From: Chrysomallon squamiferum
Taxonomy: Eukaryota; Animalia; Mollusca
Reading direction: 5' to 3'
DNA: 64,000 nt
NCBI GenBank assembly: GCA_012295275.1
Contig: CM022671.1
Coordinates: forward strand, 31,744,001 to 31,808,000
The position numbers were made by a program, and so were the translations under genes. Positions 56,901-64,000 of the stretch are shown here, piece by piece (positions within the stretch are counted from its first letter, which is position 1; each line of letters begins with the position of its first letter). The notes under the pieces were generated by a model. The model was not told where the DNA came from. It did no database searches and saw nothing but the letters and a program-made list of their open reading frames with translations.

Positions 56901-59900
56901 GCATGGGACTAAAAGGTCATGAAGAGGGTGATGGGATATTTGATTTGAGGACAGAAAGAATTTGGCATAGCACAGGAAAACTGCACAATATCACCTACTG
57001 CTTGCCTCCTGATAGGCACCTCAGTGATGGAGAAGAATATGTTGTCTATGTTAGAGTATGGTATTCTTTTACAGAGTTCAAACAGTTTGAATCTTCACCT
57101 GTTTTAGTTGACTCTACGCCACCAAAGATAAGACGTGGAAAGGCAGTGAAAGATTCAGATGCAACATGCAGCAGTGACTATGACTTTGTCACTAAAAAAA
57201 CCCAGTTAACGGCTTGCTGGAATGATGTGTTCCAAGATTCTCAGAGTGGAATAGAGTTCTATATGTTTCAAATGGGTTCCAGCCCTTATGGTATATCTTA
57301 TTATTCTGGCTCATGCCCTTATGGGCATTTCTTATTGTTTGATAGTTACTTTTGATCACAAATTTAATTTTATTAATCTTTTTTATCCAAATTATCCAGT
57401 TAAATAATTTTTCTCTTACCTAAATTATTAAAACAATTAGCCCCCCCAAAAAAAACAAAAAAACACATCAGACAAATCAGTTCATTTTAATCAAGTTATT
57501 TTGATACTCTTACAGTAATCAGTTTAGACATACTTATTTATAATATTATTTCTTAAAATCTTTCAGGATCTGATGTGATAAAGCCAACAAGTGTTGGAAG
57601 AAATACAAATTATTCCATTTCTCAGAAGCTGCTTAAACCAGGCATCAGATACTACACAACAGTCAAAGCTCTCAATACAGCTGGTCTCTCTGGAGTTGCT
57701 TTCTCTGATGGAGTTGTTGTAGATGATGAAGTTCCACTTGCTGGAGTTGTCTTCAACACTGCAGAGCATGTCAACAAGGTATCTCAGTCATCAACATCAA
57801 CATTTGGGGTCTCCTGGCGTGGATTTCAGGACCACCATTCAGCTATAGTCAGTTACAGAGTAGCAGTTTACAAAACCACAGACATTCTCTCACAGCTTGC
57901 TCAGATTAGTGTAGGCTTTCAAAACAAGGTAGTTATTAATAATTTGTCCCTTGTTCAAGGTGAGAAATATCAGGCTTCGGTAACTGCAGTTGATTTGACA
58001 GGACATCAAAGTGCTGCGGTGATGTCTCCTCCTGTACTCATTGATTCGACTCCACCCACTGGTTTTGAATGTCTGAAATTTTCTGATAAAACCTCCAATA
58101 TATCATGGAACAATAACAGCATAGTCGGAGACAATCCTGAAAATATCCTTAAAGCCTCAATTGATGTAAAAGAAAAAATGTATTTAAAAATTTCTGTCAC
58201 AAAATCAATACAGACTAAATATTTATTTCCAGAAACAAACATTTTCTTTCAAGTTGATGATGAATGTATTCCCACAAAATTCATATTAACTGATAACAAA
58301 ACAAAAGCTGAAGCCCATTATTATTTCCTCACGTCACGATCTGGAATTCTAAACCTTCAGATAATGACAGACAAAACTAACTTTATATCTGAAAACGATG
58401 TAACCATTCATTCCTGTAATGAAACAAAAGAGGTTGACGGTGCCAGAGCTTTAACCATTCAGCAGATATCTCCATCTCTCCTGCTGGTCAGTGCTCGTGT
58501 GTCTGATCCTGAAACTGAACAAAAACTAATTAAGATTGGAGTAGGAACAACAAGAGGAGGATTTCAAATACAGCCCCTGAAGCCAACTTTTCTTCATTTC
58601 CACGAACTCGTAGAAGCTGAAGTGCCTCATGGCACCCGAATTTTTGTCACTGTAACTGCTGAAAATTCTGCACAGTTGGTGTCAGTGTTTCAATCAGATG
58701 TTTTAATTATTGACCACACACCACCAGTAATTACTAAAGCAACAGCAAATCTGGTCTATTATTCTGAAAGAAGTGTTGAGAGAGTTGTTGTCAAGGTATC
58801 GTGGAGTGTAGAGGACAAAGAAAGTGGCTTGAAATCTTGTTGGTGTGCACTGGGTAAGTAAATGTTTGTTTAACAAGAAACTTCAAATATTCTGTGAAAT
58901 AATTACAGACTGCATTGCTATGATTATTAAACCAGCAGATAAACTTTCTAAAGACTAATATATTGTACATTTAAAGAAGATATATTGTTTGACTAATACT
59001 TGTTTTCATTTTTTTTTAATTCTTAATCAGTATATTGTAATCATTCCAAACTAATAATGACATTTTTTTTTAAATATATTTATTCAAAAGATAAATTAAG
59101 CATATATATAAGACTGATGTCTTTGAATAAGAGAATTACTGTATCACCATATTCTAAAAATATACTTACAGATGTGGAAAAAAAATTTTTTTTTTTTAAA
59201 TATATTTATTTTTTTTTAATTATATTAATTCATAATCTCAAATCTGGGATATCTCTGAATGTAATATATAATTTTAATCTGCAGGACACAGTCCTATGTG
59301 TGAACACATACAACCACTGACACTCTCCAGTGACCTTACAAGATGTAGCTTGGTCCTCCCCAATCCTTATCATCATGAAAAGATTTATGCCAGTGTTCAG
59401 TGTTTTAACCGGATTGAGCTGCACTCCTCAGCATCAGTTGGTCCTCACACAGTGTTACTTCAGCCCCAGTCATCACTGGATGGGAAGGTGATGTTTCTGC
59501 TGGCAAATCAAAGATCTGGTCCTGCAGTAAGTCTTCCAGTTCAGACTGATACATCACGACTCCAAGTGACCTGGTCAAGGCTGGGCGACGACAGCAACAC
59601 TAAAACTTTCCTCTACCGCATCACTGCAGGAAAAGACCCAGTGACAAAATGGACAAACACAAGCTGCAACTACATTGATGTGAATTTAGCTCTGACCAGT
59701 GGTGTCACATACACAGCCGAAGTTGTTGCAGTAGATACTCGAGAGCTGAAGAGCGAAGTTGTGTCTGGTTCTGTTGTTGTAGATAGTCGTCCACCACAGC
59801 TTACAGGTTACTGTTATTATATTTCAACAGTTTCAGCATAGTGCATACAAACAAAATACACATATAAAGTACTGCCTATGGTTCAAAGTTTGTCTTTATG

Positions 59901-59945
59901 TAATTATTTTTGCAGTTTTAGGATTAAACAATTAAAAATATTTAA

Positions 59946-59976
<31 letters not shown>

Positions 59977-60296
59977 CATTTTGTTTCAATTGTTTATAAA
60001 TTTATTAAATTAAACTTCATCTGTTTTTAGGTTCATCTGCTAACATACACTGGAAGGGGACTACAGTTCATCTGGACTGGGGTGCGGTTTTCTCTCACCC
60101 TCGATCAGCCTTGGTCTACAATGTTGCTGTTGGATCCAGAAATGGCTACTCTGACTTATTTCGTGTTGCAGAGACTGATGTATCAACAGCTGATTTTCCT
60201 GTGACGTCATCAGTCACATCACTGAATATGATCATCACAGCAACAGCAGACAATGGACAATTTGTTAGATACATTTCATCAAAAAAAAGAAACTAA
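50927..60296 (+). CDS. C-terminal about 1790 aa of a giant uncharacterised extracellular-type protein of tandem DxTPP FN3/Ig-like repeats, no TM helix; 5' end lost in the gap
   Basis: In-frame exons 50927-51031, 51314-52022, 52480-52596, 53063-53373, 54071-54178, 54465-54618, 54930-55113, 55672-57290, 57567-58853, 59285-59806 and 60031-60296 (ends YISSKKRN*). About 11 DxTPP-like linkers, with recurring WxGFxDxESxI and YxxxVxAxNxAGL motifs. Confidence 0.9.
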
Positions 60297-60379
60297 ATTC
60301 ATAATTGTGAGAAACAGAATCTGAGAATATTTTAATCTCTCTAATCATAGTACATTATTATTATTATTATTATTATTAT

Positions 60380-60414
<35 letters not shown>

Positions 60415-60619
60415 ATAATAGTAGAAGTAATAGTAGTAGTAGAAGTAATAGTAGGAGTATTTTATTTTATTTTTGTTGTCTTTGTTTTTTATGTTTGTTT
60501 TTTCTTTGTTGTTTTTTTCTTGATTTGTTTTTTATTTTTTGGGGGGGGTGTTAGTTTGCTTTTGAAGGTTTTTTGTAGAATGTATTCTATAAAATAAAGA
60601 AGCAGAATATTGTGTTTTG

Positions 60620-61310
60620 TGTGGCATAAATTAACAATACTTTTATACTGACTTAAATTGTTTGTTATATTATTTATTATTTAGAAATATACATTTATAA
60701 CTGTATCTAGGTATTTAATCTTCTAAAACAATAATATTATAATTTTCATATATATAAAGCAGATAATAAATACAGATAACCAGATTTATTTTTCTTATTT
60801 TGTAATTAATTATTTATTATTATACTTATAATTGTACATCACTGAATCACAAAAATATGATTTTGTACATCATTGAATAGATTTATTTTTATACTGAAAT
60901 TAATTCATAAATATTATTCTTATAGTTATTTTTTTGTACCTCACTGAATGACCAAAAATATGATAGTGACAAATTACATCACTTGATAACATTATTCTGT
61001 GAATATTTAGTTTTATGTGCCATAATTAATAAAACTTTTATATCAACTTAAATAGTTTGTTTTATTATTTATCATTTACAAATACATATTTATAACTGTA
61101 TCAAGGATTTAATTTTCTAAAACAATAATTTGCATATATATAAAGTACAAAATAAATGTATTTATATCTATTTATTTTATTATTTTTTAATTAATTGTTC
61201 ATTATTCTTGTTATAATTACTTTTTGTACATCAATGAATCACAAAAAATGTGATAGTGACAAATTATGTTACTTAATGACATTATTCTGTGAGACATCAA
61301 CTTAATAGCT
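60620..61310. repeat. Diverged two-copy tandem duplication (about 400 and 290 bp)
   Basis: acttttata..acttaaat..tttataactgtatc..ttctaaaacaataat..tgatagtgacaaatta..acattattctgtga is present twice. Confidence 0.75.
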
Positions 61311-61489
61311 TTTTATGTTATCTCTGTCATTGTGAAAATAATTTAATATTTCATTGGTTATCCACTTGCTGAATGGAAGAGATGTGGCTTCTAGTAGGAG
61401 AAATGTTTGAAAAGGAAAGAGAATTTTAAAGAAAATATTTTGTAACTTCATTTCAAATTTGATTATCTGATTCCAAATTTCTATTAAAC

Positions 61490-62190
61490 AACTCATGAAG
61501 TAAGAATGGAAATAGCTCTTCAAATACTACAACAACAACTATAACAATAAGAACAATAATAATAATAATAACAGTAGCAATAACAACAACAGCAACAATA
61601 ATAATAATAATAATAGTAACAACAATAGCTACAATAGTCACAGTCATAACATTTATATTAATATTAACAACAACAGCAACAATAACAATAAACTTAAAAA
61701 AAAAAAAAACCCCAGATACATCACATTCTCACCTGATAAAAATGAATGCTGTCGTCTGCTTCTGCGCTACACAATTGAGATACTTTGGTGGACTACGCCA
61801 CTTCAGCCAGACACAAAGGCTTATGGGAAAGGATATCAAAACATAAATTTTCTCACACCATGTTGGAAATATTCACGCATAATAGGCTAATTTGTTCAAA
61901 TGACAAACAAATAATAGATGATAAAACCCCATCTTCTCTGATAAAGAAGTACAAATTATGCAGCAGCAGCTGTAGACGTAATAGTAGTAGTAGTATTTTG
62001 CATCATTATTGCAAAAAAACAAATGTATTATGTCTATTGTCATTTTGATGTTTAACAATTTAATATGCATATTTCGGAGTATGAATAAATGAAGAAACCA
62101 ATATTTATTTTTATTTTTTATTATTAAAAAAAAAAAAAAAAAATTTATTAAATTTTATTTATTTATTTATTTATTTTATTATTATTATTA

Positions 62191-62243
<53 letters not shown>

Positions 62244-62847
62244 TATTTTTAATTTATTTATTTTGGTAAAATAAGTAACAATGCTATTTTCTTTTATATA
62301 AAATTGTATATAAGTATTTAAAAGAAAACAGTTTTGTTTTAATTTTTCAACAGCATCAGCATGGTAATTATTATTATTAATTTTATCTATTTATCATCAT
62401 CATTATAAACATGATCATCATTTATATTTTATATATATATTATCATTATGTTTTTTCCTTGTTGTTTTTTTATTATTATTTTTTAAAATTATTTTTATTT
62501 GTTTTAGTTTAACTTCAGTTTCAAAATTCATGTATGTTTCACAGATCCAGTTACATATTTTAATCCTTTCACACAAGTATTATGAATTATCTTTCTGACA
62601 ATTTAAAGTGGCTTTAATGAGAAGTATTCAGGATTATTCTTGGATTATTTTTTAGCAATGCAATAAAAAAATAAATAATAATTTCTAATGATTAATTTGT
62701 TTATATAGTTCAGATATATTATTTAAACTCGAATAATTTATATATGTGTAATGCTAGTTACTTGATTAATGGGTGGAAGCAAGTAATTCATTTTTTTTTT
62801 TTTTGCACAGTTCCTATTTTCCAATTTATTATTGTTATTACTACTGC

Positions 62848-62890
<43 letters not shown>

Positions 62891-64000
62891 AACATTACTA
62901 TTAATCTCTATACAAAATCTGCTGTAATTAAAATTTTTATCTGAATAGACCTAAACATTTTATAACTAATTTAAAAGTTCTTAATATATATATATATATA
63001 TAATTTTAAATGTGAAAAAAGAAAATATGATGTTAGCTCTTTATTTAAAATACATTGTGTATTAGACTTCTTTTCTATTTTCAGTAAAACTGCTACCTTT
63101 TTTCTTTTTCTTTTTAAATGTTAAATAAGATTTCACTAATTTTTGTATTTTCCTAACTTTCTTCCAGTACTTTAGTCACTGGATAGAGGTTAATGTTATC
63201 ATGTGTTTGAAATATAATCTCAAAAGTGGCTAAAGGTCTGAGACACAATCATTTGCATACAAAACATTATATCATGTACAAAATATTAATGTCATAGTAC
63301 TTGTACAATGAATTAATCTGGACTGCCTCAGAAAACTTGGTGTCCTGGTTCAAATCATGTTAGTGGTGGTTGTGTATAATTTATAAAAACTAGGTGAATG
63401 GTCTGATTTTGAAAAAAGGATGAGTATATTGATTTCAAAGTGATTTGTTAAATTAAAAACTGTTTATAATGAGCTGGTATCACAGTCATTTAAAATCAAA
63501 ATAAGTTTCTATTTTGTATTACAGATTTTAACCGTGTAATTAGTTTACACCATTGCTTCTTTTATTTATTTTATATATCAGTTTAAAATCAACTTACAAA
63601 GCCTGTGATTAGTTCATTTATTTTTGCTAAAAATCAAAGTTTGCCTTGCATTTGTGTGTGATCAAAATGTATGTGTCTTAAAAACCTGATATCATGTTAC
63701 TATTGGTCACAGAACATCAATGTTTAAAAAGTAATTTTGATATTTAATTATATTTATATTTTGTTTCCTGTTTTGTTTTTATATATATTTAATAAAATGG
63801 TACTTTATATTTTCATCTTTTGCATTGTATTTTAATTGTATTTAATTTTTTAAATTTTTTATTATTAGGGTTAGGTGGGGGATTTTCTTCTTATTATTAT
63901 TATTATCTACTACTACTACATACTACTACTACTGCTAACACCCTTTAATTATATTATTTTTTTATTATATAATTTTTTATTAATTTATTTTTTTATTTTT
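61490..64000. repeat. Segmental duplication, copy 2; lacks the death-domain exon region and is CpG-decayed; continues past the right edge
   Basis: Collinear with 35700-41720 except that about 37000-39850 and about 40400-40880 have no counterpart. Confidence 0.9.

Noticed and set aside
44160-58861. Bacterial adhesin-like long ORFs as contamination or a recent horizontal insert
   Set aside because: They are interrupted by canonical spliceosomal introns with host-type microsatellites and are CpG-depleted like host genes.

Overview
Very AT-rich, microsatellite-dense eukaryotic DNA with GT-AG introns. The gene content suggests an invertebrate, probably a mollusc or other lophotrochozoan (inference). 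I reconstructed the genes by hand from splice sites and reading frame. Left to right: (1) the 5' half of a copine (C2A-C2B) on the minus strand, running off the left edge; (2) a head-to-head, 3-domain gelsolin/severin-like gene (14 coding exons, about 368 aa) with an apparent 1-nt frameshift in its last exon; (3) a divergent class A GPCR with an intronless CDS (minus); (4) a death-domain exon with no obvious start codon and possibly no further domains; (5) two very large, uncharacterised proteins built from FN3/Ig-like DxTPP / GFxDxESGI repeats, pointing away from a 200-N gap and both missing their 5' ends. One (minus) ends in cadherin/Ig-like domains, a TM helix and a cytoplasmic tail; the other (plus) ends without a TM helix. 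A diverged direct segmental duplication (about 35.7-41.7 kb vs 61.5-64 kb) flanks the pair, and its second copy shows clear CpG decay. CpG content is mosaic across the window. Most short ORFs in the supplied track are microsatellite artefacts. No database searches were run, so family assignments rest on motif recognition.
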